64,000 bases of DNA from assembly GCA_051362555.1 (NCBI GenBank), contig CM120643.1:22076848-22140847 (forward strand). Reading direction: 5' to 3'. The stretch is from Lingula anatina. Taxonomy: Eukaryota; Animalia; Brachiopoda. The notes below the pieces were generated by a model that was given only the letters and a program-made list of their open reading frames with translations, ran no database searches and was not told the origin of the DNA. A program made the position numbers and the translations under genes. This document shows positions 1 to 11,852 of this stretch, piece after piece. Each line of letters starts with the position of its first letter. Position 1 is the first letter of the stretch.

Positions 1-2268
1 AAAACCATACTCTTAAGTTAAATATAATAATAAATAACACAGTTTTCTTTTCATAATGTTTGCAGTAGCAGTGCAAAAAGATTATTGTCAATTTTGATGT
101 AACATTACATAATAAAATTATAGAATAATTATCACCAATTTTTTATTATTGACTATAAATAGCATGAACATGTAGAAAATTTGATTACCATCCGGCTTCA
201 TGTCCATGGGAGCTCCGAGTCCCACAATGAATATGCCAAAAAGATAATGAATATTTCACTAAAATGTATAACTTCCAGAAAAAGAAGCCCATTAGACTGC
301 TTTTCCAACTCGGGCTGCATTTAAGTCCTGTGTTTCTTTTTTGAAAGTTTGACAATCATAAGTAACACGGTTTTCCCATCATGGTCATCATGGCAGATGT
401 GGATGATTGAATCTGACAAACTGCAATGATATGAGTTTATTTCCGTTTTGGACACTTGATTACACAATACATGATAACAAGTTTACCATCATTTTTACAT
501 AATCAACTAACAATGTTGTAAAGATGCAGGAAATATCAAACAAACACTTTTACGTATCTTATTAGTTCAATAATGAGACTGTTAACATGCCGAAGAATTG
601 AATCTGAGGAAATTTGAAAAAACAGTACAACTTCTAAAATAATGGCCCGATAACGCTGGTTTTCGGACTCAACCTGAATTTTTGTAAGATTGACCACTCC
701 TGTGAGTATAATGACAATTGGCTAAGCTGTTTTTCTTATATTGTGTTATAAATGTTGCATATATGTTGAAAAAAGTGAAAAAACAGCATAAAAAATTAAA
801 AGAAAATGTAAAATAAAACATAACAAAAAATACCAACAAAGCTGCTATTCAAACTTTTAATCTAGCTGTACAATTACTAACATGATATGAATAACCCTAT
901 TGAGTTTGAGAATAATAAGGCACTGTTATTCATCTGTAGCATTAATGTAAGCGTTACACAAAATTTTTTTTGTAAACTTATTTTCCATATTAAATAACAT
1001 TTACCTGCATAATAATCATCGATTCCTAATTATGTGACACAGTTAAGAAAGCTAAACTGATGGGACTTTACAATGAAATCTCAATGTGTGTTTATGTAAT
1101 CTCATTTAATGCCCACCTGAAAATTAATTAAGCAACTTATTTTATAACCCTGAAATAACTTGAAAATCAATTAAGCAAATTATTTTATAACCCTGAATTA
1201 ACTGCCTACTATCCATATACATTTATTGCACCAATTAGCACTGTACTGCATTGCTTTCAAAACAGAAAACAATTACGATGGTTTTCCAACACAAGCTGCA
1301 CTTCAGTCTTTTCAGTAAGGTTGATTATCATAAGTAACATGGTTTTCCCTTAATCGCTATCCTGGCAGCAATGTCCAAAATAGGGTTTTCTTTAACTTTC
1401 ATGCAATATAACATAATACTTAACAACATAATGACCATCAATATTTTTATAAAAAAATAAAAGTATCATGGATATTCAGAAAATGTGATATGGAAAGGTC
1501 TCCAAGGACATGGAAGTTAGGGTCACACTTTCAAAATGCCAAAATGTTAACAAGAGATAACTGTACTGAAATGATTTTCTTTCCATTTTCAACACCTTTT
1601 TTACATAAAACCATAATCAATTAACTGTCATTTTTAAATGATCAACTAGGAAAATTGTTGACATAGGAAAAGTATCAATAGAACAATTTATGATGTCCAA
1701 TTAGCTCCATTTGGAGATTCTGAACATAGTAAATGATTGAATCTGACGAACTGCAATGATGAGTTCCTTTCCATTTTTGATACTTTATTACACAATGCAC
1801 GATAATAGGTTTACCGTCATTTTTATATAATCAACTAACAATATTGTTAAGAAGCAGAAAACGTTAAAACAACACTTTTACATATCCAATTAGTTCCGTA
1901 ATGAGACTGTTAACATGCTTAAGAATTAAATCTGAAGAAAAACCACTTATATACAAAAAGGCTAATAACTTCATCAAAACTTAACTGATCAAGCTTATTT
2001 TCAAACTTGATCTGTATACTGGTCAGATTGATCACTCCTGTGAGTTGCAAGACAAAAGGCTGATTGGTTTTCCTTAAAATGCGTTATCAGTGTTGCATCT
2101 ATGCTGAATAAAGGGAAAAAAACAGCATTACTTTTGTAAAAATAGTCCAATCATGCCAATTTTCAAACTTGACCTGCGTATTATAAATATTCACCAGTTC
2201 TGTAAATTTCAATTCAAAAGGAAAAACATTTTTACACTTATCATGTTATCGGTGTTATAAAAGTGCTG

Positions 2269-2315
<47 letters not shown>

Positions 2316-2946
2316 AACTTCCATAAAAAATGCCCGATCTTGCTGATTTTCAAACTTGACCTGCGTATTATGAATATTCATTAGTTCTGTAAGTTTCAAG
2401 CCAAATGAAAAAACAGTTTTCCACTTATTGTGTTATCAGTGCTACATATACCCCTGTATGCTGAAAAAAGTGAAAAAACAGCATAAATTCCCTAACAATA
2501 ATCGAATCATGCTGATTTTCGAACTTGACTTGCGTATTATGAATATTTATCAATTCTGCAAGTTTCAAGCCAAAAGGTAAATTGGTTTTCCACTTATGGT
2601 GTTATCGGTGCTGCATATATGATGAAAAAAGTGAAAAAACAGCATAAATTCCCGAAAAATGACCCAATCATGCTTATTTTCGAACTTGACCTGTGTATTA
2701 TGAATATTCATCAGTTCTGTAACTTTCAAGCCAAAAGGTAAAATGGTTTTTCACTTATCGTGTTATCAGTGCTGCATATATGCTGAAAAAAGTGAAAAAA
2801 CAGCATAAATTCCCTAAAAGTGATCCGATCATGCTGATTTTCGAACTTGACCTGCGTATTATGAATATTCATCAGTTCTGTAAGTTTCATACCAAAAGAA
2901 AAAACAGTTTTCCATTTATCGTGTTATCGGTAAAAGTGCACGGCGA

Positions 2947-2979
<33 letters not shown>

Positions 2980-3253
2980 CAGACGCAGATGACGGCTATA
3001 TGTACAGACACATCTGTGTCTGTACATAAAAAGTGAAAAAAACAGCATAACTTCCCTAAAAATGGCCCGATCATGCTGATTTTCAAACTTGACCTGCGTA
3101 TTATGAATATTCATCAGTTCTGTAAATTTGAATACAAAATGTAAAACGGTATTCCACTTATCGTGTTATCGCTGACTGCACGGCGGCGGCGACGACGGCG
3201 ACGACAGACGCAGATGATGGCTATATGTACAGACACATCTGTGTCTGTACATA
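1..3253 (-). mobile_element. HINE/DINE-1-like non-autonomous Helentron derivative with internal 161-bp tandem array (runs off the left edge of the window)
   Basis: Perfect terminal hairpin tatgtacagacaca-tc-tgtgtctgtacata (2999-3028, again 3224-3253) next to an A tract. Adjacent (GGCGAC)n microsatellite. Tandem units spaced 161 bp (catgc at 2508, 2669, 2830) that degenerate leftwards. Confidence 0.8.
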
Positions 3254-5346
3254 ATAATGGTTACATATGCACAACTCCTTTCTTATGTTTAAGTCATAAC
3301 ATGGTAAATTCATCTTATTATCACGTAGGTGATTTCAAAGTAATATTTGGCCTTATCAAATATGTTTTTCATTGCATTAACAAAAATAAGTAAAATGTGT
3401 ACAAAAGCCTGTTTCAGCAAAATGGTTAAAATAAATTTTTACTCAGAACATATCTTTGGAAGAACCTACTAGAAGAGAAGACATATGTTGTGGGAATTAT
3501 ATACCAATATCACATTCACCATAAACCATTGACATAAAGAGTTAGTGCATCATATTTATGACCTTAGTTGCAAATGACCCATCGTAACAGCTAAAAACAG
3601 GTACTTTTTGGACACATAATTGGCCATATTTTTGTAAATTGTAGTTTGATTATTATAATTCTTTTTTATTTTGCTCCTATGAACAGTGTCTTTGATATCA
3701 GTCTATCAGCAATCTCCAATCATAAATTGTTAATTTACCAGACACTTGTAACATTAACCCCATTTTATTGTTCACCCTGATTGTGAAACAGCCGTTAGGC
3801 GAGTGAACACCATGACGCGCGAGCACAACACTCCGCTGTAACAAAGTGTAATTAACAGCAGGATACATCAGCCAGAAGGTACCATTGTTTGTTGTGGCAA
3901 TAGGATTATAGCTGTAAGAGGCTTGAACCCATGGTACCGCGTGCCACTAAACCGTCTCCCGTAGCGAACTGTCCTTTTGTTCACTAGTTTGGCACGCGCA
4001 GTTGATTATCTTTTTGGTGTTGCTAACAAACAGCTAGTTAAATTTGTTATCAGGTATTTCATTCAATATGAATTTTCCGTAGTCAAAAATTGAACTAAGT
4101 ATTGTTTGTTTGATTGACATGCATGAGCGGCAGCATCAAGCTCAAAAAATCTTATTGCATTAATTTATAAATGAATAATTTATTTATAAACTTACTAATT
4201 CAAGTATTTATAAAACATGAAGGATAATGAAAAAAATACAGCGAACAGCATTTTCAAAAAAGGAACAATACATGGCAAATATATTACTTTTACTATATTT
4301 ATATTATAATACTTAAATTAAATGAGGTGCATTGACAGAGGCGCAAGGAGAATCCAACTCCAACGTGCAACGGGGGGAGGGGGGCTATGACATTGTGATC
4401 ACACAATACATGAGATCACGGTCAAATCATCAGTTAAGGGGGGAATGTAGGTTTGAGATTTTCTCTTAAAATAAAGGTTTTGGCTTTTTTATTCCTGTCA
4501 CATTCATTTAATGTATCTTCAAAATATCTAATAATGCTTGGAACACAGCTCCAACTTCATCGTGTGACGTAATATTGGGATTCTGGGGACAAAAACACCA
4601 TTTTTATACACCTGATTTTCTCAGGCACCTGGACAGCTATAAACTTGCTTTTGATGGCATTATAACACTTGAACAAAGTACTACAGCATGGAGTCAGGGA
4701 TTTTTCTTCAGACACTTATTGTTGATTTTATCTATAAAAACGTGAAATTACATCAAAATATTAGGGAATTTTCACTTTCAAAGTCTATAAATTAGAAAAG
4801 AGAGGATCAATCAAAATTTCTTAAAAAGCACTTTCAGTGCATACTTTTCATAATTAGCATGGTGAATTTGGTCTCCCTCAGGTGTACAGGTAGACAGTTA
4901 TAGCTTGCTAAAATAACGCTATCTCGTCAATATTGAAAGCAAAGAAAACGAGCAAAAACCCTTTCAGGGAGGTTAATTGTCCAAATTAGCAAATTAATTT
5001 GTTGGCAGCTTTACCTGTTATCGTTCTGACGATCGCGAAGATGAGTACTCTATTGCCGGTTGAAATTAGCTTGTTTGCATGCATTTGGATGTCAGATAAT
5101 CTCATTTTTGTATCAATCTCACCTCCTGTTAGTAACTTCAAGGGGTTACCGCTAGCACTGCCAGAATGATTGACAGGCAATCAAGTAAGCCCTAATGACT
5201 CAAGCAATCAGTGGCCACGTCAATTGCCGTCGGGGCAAGTGTAAGGGATGCGCTCTAGGATGTGCACACAATAGCAGCATCGCAGGCGGTCTTGTCCACA
5301 TTCGCCAAGCGAAAAATGGTTCGAAAACACGGTCGTTGCATAGATT

Positions 5347-6300
5347 CAGGGGCGTAACCAGACCTTTAAAATTGTACGCACATATTTTTTTAAATTCCCA
5401 GCAAAATGTAGACTAACGCAAGAGATGAAGGACAACGTAATTACAGCATATGTACCACACATCGCAGCTTAATTTCCATTAATAATAAAATCATCATTTA
5501 GTCAGAAATATTCTCGCAATTAAAAAAGTTTCAATATTCTCATTACCCAGAACGGTAAATTTATCTAAAAGGAGGCTAGCTTCGCATATGTGGAACCCCC
5601 TTCGAATAATCCTGGATCCACCTCTGAGTTGAACTAACATACGGTTTTATTCACCTTACATGTGGATGCATGGCTCCCAAAGACAACCAATTGTACGACA
5701 CGACAGAGCTCTGATACAGCTAAGTTTAATTATTTGTTTGTAAAAATTCCCCATGTTAGTTTGGAGGGGTTAGCTGGGTCAAGTCCGTGTCAAAATTCTT
5801 TGAAGCTTTGCAGGAAAAATTCTTCCTTTGTTTCTCTAGCTCCTTCTTAAACCTGGCGTCCAGATTTTATCTAGTGCCCCCAGGGTTGCGGGAGCTGCTC
5901 TTTGAAAATAACACTCAGGCAGATTTTTGCCTGAGATAAATATCGCCAGCAAGAATGCGTTCGATATTCTCAAGAAAGAAGGTACATAAGAGTTGAGGGC
6001 CACTGAACCCTCCAATTAAGAGGTAAAGGAAGTTCCAGTTAGATGGACGATTAAGATAGAACTTGTTAAGGTTACAGACATTGTATACCTCAGTTTGCAA
6101 GACGGGGGGGGAGGGGGGGTCAGAACAATTGTGCCTATACAATTGATACAGAGAATTTGTACATACAGGTGACTTTAATAAGCAGAGGATTTTCTTTTAT
6201 ATTCCGTGAAAAATACACTAAATTTATATAAAATAATATCATGGTTGGCAAAAAAATTGTACACACAGTGCATCCGTGCGTATGCCTAGTTACGCCCATG
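5347..6300. mobile_element. Non-autonomous DNA transposon with 6-bp TSD (hAT6-like), nested in the Kolobok-like element
   Basis: TIR CAGGGGCGTAACCAG / CATGGGCGTAACTAG (13/15). TSD tagatt at 5341-5346 and 6301-6306. Confidence 0.7.
5399..6065 (+). repeat. Dispersed repeat fragment (possible CAC-terminal DNA transposon end); inverted copy at 29235-29742
   Basis: cagcaaaatgtagactaacgc and gtaaaggaagttccagttagatgga blocks match the reverse complement of 29260-29742. Confidence 0.6.
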
Positions 6301-8346
6301 TAGATTTTTAAAATCTAACGACTGCATCGAGCTGTTGTTGAAAATGGATGGATAGTATGACGGATGCTGTCACGGGTAGCAAGCAACGGAATTTTCATTT
6401 TATTTTTTTTTATTTTTTTTTTTTTTGCGTATCTCAAAAAGTTAACAAGAAAATCGAAAGAGCGCGTGTTACAACAAGCAATTCAAAGGAGAACGCGTAT
6501 TTCGAGCAAATCCAATGTGTCGGAAAAGATTCATCTTAGCGCTGATCACAATCAAGAGCGACTATCAAAACAGCTTAAGCGGAACAATAGGCACTGCTTT
6601 GCCGATCGCTGTTTATGACAAAGGGGGTATGACGCATCCCTGTTCTATTGTTTCTCGAGTCGGGCTAATGCTGCTGAGGTCCGCCCACCGAGTTTACTCA
6701 TGCCAACGGCCCTTGACAACGAAGGCGGGGCATAGACCAGGCCACCGGTGCCGATGTGTGCAGCATCAGAATCCTCAGAAAAAAACATATTTTTTGTTCA
6801 AAATGTAAAAAATTTATTCTGTTAAACGTTAGATACACATTTAACCAATAATTAGACATAAAAAACCAAAAATGACGATTTTTAGCTATATTTGGGTACA
6901 TCCGTCCCTTAAAGAGGAGGGGGGTCTTACCATAGCTCGCTATCTATTGTTAAATGTGACTGTTATTATCTCTCGAACAAGCTTAAACCATGCCCATACA
7001 ATTACTGTATCTCCCGCTGCCGTGCAGAAACGCCATGTCGCCATATTTTGCTACAGTTACAAACAGTGTACTCCAGCGACTTGTTTTAGATCACTCAAGT
7101 AAGAATGCATGCATGCTATAGCTGGGGGGGGGACAATCAAGTATGCAACGGATCTATTAATTGTAATTGCACAGTACGTGTAACTAGACCTTTGTTCTAA
7201 CTCAGTAGTTTGGGATATGATGCTTGGACATAAAGCTTCTATTCAACTTGCTTAGACCTAGGGCGTGATGCTGCTATCATCCGACGAAACACCTTCACTG
7301 AACCCTCTACCTGAAGTCCCCCATAGCTGAAACAAAAATGCCCCTTGAACCTGTCCATTTGTCAATCGTCAAATGATTTGTGATTTCATTGAACGTCGTT
7401 GATCGAAAGCTTTTAAGTGACAATAACCGAACCCTGTGCTGATTATTTATTAAAACGTAAGTTTATTCAACATGATCTACCTGTATTTTGTAAACAATAC
7501 TTGCCTAGATTGTGCTTGGATTGATCATCGTCACTGTTTGGCTACTCTCACTGTAATGCGGGCTGAACGACAGACGACTTAAAAATATTATGTGTAACTG
7601 TGTAAATGACCACACTAAGTTAAAATATAACGATGTCGGTGATTTAATCCATCCAACATATCTATATTTGTTCTTTTAAAACCAGTGTCAGGTTAACATC
7701 AAATCAAAGCAAGCCTTGATGACTGGTTTTGTTTAAATTGTAGTAAATTAAGTAAAGCTAAATAAAGCCTGTTTCTAGTTAACAGTGTTTATCCCAGCTA
7801 CATGTATAAAACTGCATGAAGAATATAACAAGACTCCGTAGCGAATAAACTTTCACAATGCTCTGTGCTTCAGGTATCCAAGAGTCCCGTGTAATACAAA
7901 AACATCGAAGAGTATAGCCTGAGAGTAAAATAAATATGAGGCCGTGTATGAAAGATTTTATTAATTAAAAATTGAAGAATTTAAACATGCTAGGTTCGTG
8001 CACATCACTTAAGTCATTTCACAAAAATTGCACCTAATTGTTTAGATTAACCTCTACTTTTATCGATCTCAACGACTTGTCTGATCCACCTGAAAGAAAT
8101 ATAGTGAACATGAGGCAAACTAACACGTTTACATGTAGGCGAAGGGGGTATACTTCAATATTGATTACAAACAATATCAACAGCGATTCAAGACCGTTGC
8201 CTGTCTTTCACACGTTTACACGAACACAGGTGGCGTTGCGATATTTAACTCTCTCCTTCGAACAAGCAAAGGGCTGGCCCGAAGTAAGATTTCTAAACTA
8301 ATTTCCTTTTGATTGTATATTGTAATTACTCCACTTGCTCGCCTCC

Positions 8347-8900
8347 TGGGGCTGGGGCTGAAGCTGTTGGAAATGTTGAATTCCTGGAACAGATGGACAG
8401 TTTACCCAGCGACTGCTGATGGACGCGGTAACTGCTACAATATCTGCTGCAGACAGGTACATTACATTGGGGCATAATTCTTTGCCAGCCAAATAGAATT
8501 GATAAGGTATATCTACAACCATTTTTCTCAGGAGCACTGCTCTCCAAACCTGATGTTTCATTTCCCCTACGGTCCCATCCACTGGTCCTTTGCCATGGGC
8601 AGTGGTATAAAAAGTACCACTGCGCTTCCATACCAAAATCTCTTTCATGATAGTACCATGTTTAGACAGTAAAAACCAACTTTTGAATTGGCCGGGGGCT
8701 CGGGCTTCGTCTGACCAGTAATGGACTTTGCTGAATGATTGCTGGAGGTCTTCGAGAATGGCCTTATTACAAGTGAAGACGGACTGTTTGTTATGGTGCA
8801 GATCATCAGATACCACAACATATGGTTGGAGCTGGAGGTCTCCTTCAGACTCTGTTTTTAAATCATGCACATGCAGTGAACAGAATGACCTGCTCACAGT
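8347..8900 (-). pseudogene. DDE transposase fragment (Sola2-like)
   Basis: ORF 8298..8933 motifs VVSDDLHH, HYWSD...GQFK and F.TAHGKGPVDG..GEMK. Confidence 0.7.
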
Positions 8901-9489
8901 TCTAGTACTCTGACATGATCTCTGACGGCACATGTCAACACCTAATCACTGACAGTCAACCTAGCTAATAATCAGTAATGGTTAATGAATTACCCAGTTA
9001 TGATCAGTTGCAAAAGAAAAATAAGAAATGTAACACACCAGAACACTTGAAAACGATTCAATTGAAGATGTAAAACCTTGTGTTTCACGTCAGAGACAGA
9101 AAATGTCCCGTCAGAGACAGAAAATGTCCCGTCAGAGACAGATAATATAAACAGAGAATAATAAAATGTGGCAATAAATTCACTGTAAATTGTTTTAATT
9201 TTGTAATTTTTAGCTATAATCATTACTTATCATTATTTAAAAGAGGATTTTAAGTTTCATTTGTACAACCTACCAGATGTGGAAAATATGAAAACTTTTC
9301 GAAGTCAAATGTCTCTGACGGGACACACCACTCCTAGTGCTAAATAATTTTTTACTCAAAATAAGTGATAGGTGGCAGTTTTCTATGTTAAACTATTACT
9401 TCTGATTAGTTTAACATATTTGGGTGATAAAAACTTGAAAAAACAACCTAATATCTGACTCAGGCCAATATGACCATGTGTCCCGTCAA

Positions 9490-11343
9490 GGCTGGGTCAC
9501 ACTGCGCTTGCAACCTTTTGGCAACCTCTTTGCAACCTCAGTCGCAAGGAGGTTGCCATAGGTTTTAAAGTGGTCGCATTAGGTTGCAAACAGGTCGCCT
9601 GCGATCGTTGACACACGAAGGCCATTTTCTTTGCACCGACAACCAGTGCGACTGATAATAAAAACGATTGGAAACTGAGAGGTTGCCTATAGGTCTCCTC
9701 TTGGTTGCCAGTAGGTCGCTGTAACCAGACTAAAACCAGTCGCATACCACCTGTAACTGCACGGTCGATTGACGGTCTTTAGTCGCTTAGTTGCAAACAG
9801 GTTACTAACCGGTTGCAAGCGGTGGGCAGCAGGTCGCCAGCAGGTTGCAGTTGAAACTTCATGGTCGATTAACGGTCTTTAGTCGCTTGGTCTCTAACAG
9901 GTTTCTTACAGCTCGCATGCACTCGAAAACATGTCGCGAGTAGGTTGCAAGCAACCGTGATAAAATAAGCGTAGGATGATGAGCGTCCACTAAATATATA
10001 AATATATTTTTCATTTATATCATGCCATTAAGGCCTTCTAAATATCTTGACAAAAATCGTTATTTATCAATTAAAACGTAGATTGTATTTGTTGTCATCC
10101 TTTTAAATTTATTTACAAGGTTTTCATAAGTATTTTTTTTTCAATAAAATAAAATAAAATAAATAAATGTATGAGTCCCTATCAGCCACCATACTTGACT
10201 AAAAGTGTTGTAAATAGAAGCCGCTGAGCCCGTGTCTTCAGTCCCCAGTATGTCATCCAACAGCGTGGGAAGGGTGGCCAGAATGTATTTTGAGAAAGCA
10301 AATGCCTGTGAAGAAAGTTCTTTACCAAGTTCCAACACAGACTCGTCTTCCCAGGATCAACCGAAAGAATGGGAGGTTAAATTTACTATTAAAGAGGAAG
10401 AAGAATTAGTTGAGTTTTTTAAGGAAAACGAGTTTTTCTATTACCAACAATTGAAAGACTTTAAAAACAAATCAAAGAAAGATTGTCTCCTTGATGAAAA
10501 AGCAAGCAAAATAGGAACCACTGGTAAGCTACTGTCCACCTTTTCTCAGTTCTTTTGCCTTAAGCTACTATGTGTTATTAGCAAAGGCCTAATATTAGAA
10601 TAATGTATAAAAAGTGATACAGGAGCAAAACGGCACAGATAATAGAAGAAAGTATCATAAATGCACTGTTTATCTGCATTATTATTAAAGTGCAATTTTT
10701 AGGTCTCTAATTTTAGATTGTTGTCAAATTTACTGGAAACATTTTTTAATGACTAAAGCAGCCGGATATATCTTACTTTTTTTTAATTTGCCAAGTCATA
10801 ATTTGCCAATTCACAATGGAAGAAAAATTAAGCAAATAGGCGGGCGCAGAGAAAAAAGTAAATAGCAAAGTTTGATTCATACTTTTTACAATAAATTTAA
10901 TTGTCAGGCATTTTTATAACAATAAAACAGTGTCACCAATATAAAGAAGGTCAAATAAATACAAATTAACTTCCTCCCAGTACTTAGAATTCGTACCACA
11001 AGGACGGAAACAAATTGATGACACGCAGGATCCTTCACTATTTAATGATGTTGTATTGTAAGTGTAACGCTTGGGGCTACAAAGACAAAGGGAAAACCAC
11101 ACAATCGGTCGCAAATCAGTTGCTATGCAGTCGGCGACCTTTTAGCAACCGGTTGAATACCACAAAAAGGCTTTTCGGTCGCCAGGAGGTTTTCGGTGCT
11201 GCACCGAAAACCGGCGCGACCGGATAGTAACCCAGCGTTCATTTGGAGACCACTTTGCGAGTTGTTGCAACTTGTCGCCCACCTTTCTGCAACGGTGACA
11301 GTTGCAAGTCGCAAGGAGGTTTTTTGTTCAGTGTGACCGCACT
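9490..11343 (+). mobile_element. PIF/Harbinger-like internally deleted element carrying a MADF-domain exon
   Basis: TIR ggctgggtcacactg / cagtgtgaccgcact. Subterminal arrays of gcaacc/ggtcgc motifs at both ends. TSD unclear. Confidence 0.65.
10360..10523 (+). pseudogene. MADF (Myb/SANT-like) DNA-binding domain fragment
   Basis: FTIKEEEELVEFFKENEFFY...KDFKNKSKKDCLLDEKASKIG, followed by a GTAAG donor at 10524. Confidence 0.7.
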
Positions 11344-11852
11344 GCACAGGCCTTGCGACCTCGAAGAGCCCAAGTATTGAAAAAAGAAACTATGCATGCC
11401 TATTATTACATTAATAAGGCTGAAAATTCATCCAAATATGTGTTTTATTACACCACCGGTTTGATATAAATGCCAATATATAGTACAAATATATTTCTTA
11501 TTTATTATTGTAAGTTTGACAATATTGGTAGTACAGAAATCGACTGTGATGTTATATTTTTTTTTCCTTTATGTTTCCCAGTGGCTCACAGAAAAAGTAT
11601 TGGAAGTATATCAATGAAACTTACATTGTCTGAAAATTTGATTTGTTTTCTACAAAAATGTAAAAATTTTAAATTTCAATGAAACAAAAAAAAATTGACA
11701 CAAATGGCACCGTTACCGTGTTTTGACCCATATATAAAATATTATTCATGTAATTGTGATATGATTGTTACTCTTTTAATCATCAGCAATGATCTCCAAA
11801 AAGCAGTATTATTTAGTTGTTAGGGTTCTATTACTTGTTGCTCACACAAACA

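Larger units (their letters stand above)
4438..6908. mobile_element. Kolobok-like non-autonomous DNA transposon
   Basis: TTAA TSD (4434-4437, 6909-6912). Imperfect TIR GGGGGGAATGTA / GGGACGGATGTA. The empty site catcagTTAAagaggagggg is seen at 33311-33330, 57860 and 62307. Confidence 0.75.
3780..8346 (+). repeat. Family A modular repeat, type I copy (interrupted by a Kolobok-like insertion)
   Basis: Clear homology to 25230-26530, 32690-33400, 17740-18060 and 20420-21545. Confidence 0.85.
8347..11362 (-). mobile_element. Truncated Sola2-like DNA transposon, interrupted by a Harbinger derivative
   Basis: Transposase fragment, repeated subterminal motif tgtcccgtcagagaca (8919, 9088-9141, 9312, 9479), and a putative 5'-GAGGTCGCAAGG terminus at 11362. 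Confidence 0.55.

Noticed and set aside
2269-2311. Poly-A run as a retroposon tail
   Set aside because: It is an expansion of the A tract present in each 161-bp unit, with no TSD.
2100-3253. Regularly spaced repeats as a CRISPR-like array
   Set aside because: The units are contiguous tandem copies without unique spacers, there are no cas genes, and the context is a eukaryotic TE.
2780-3393. Short ORFs with DG/RR/SP repeats (also 12682-14162)
   Set aside because: They are translations of the HINE microsatellite and tandem units.
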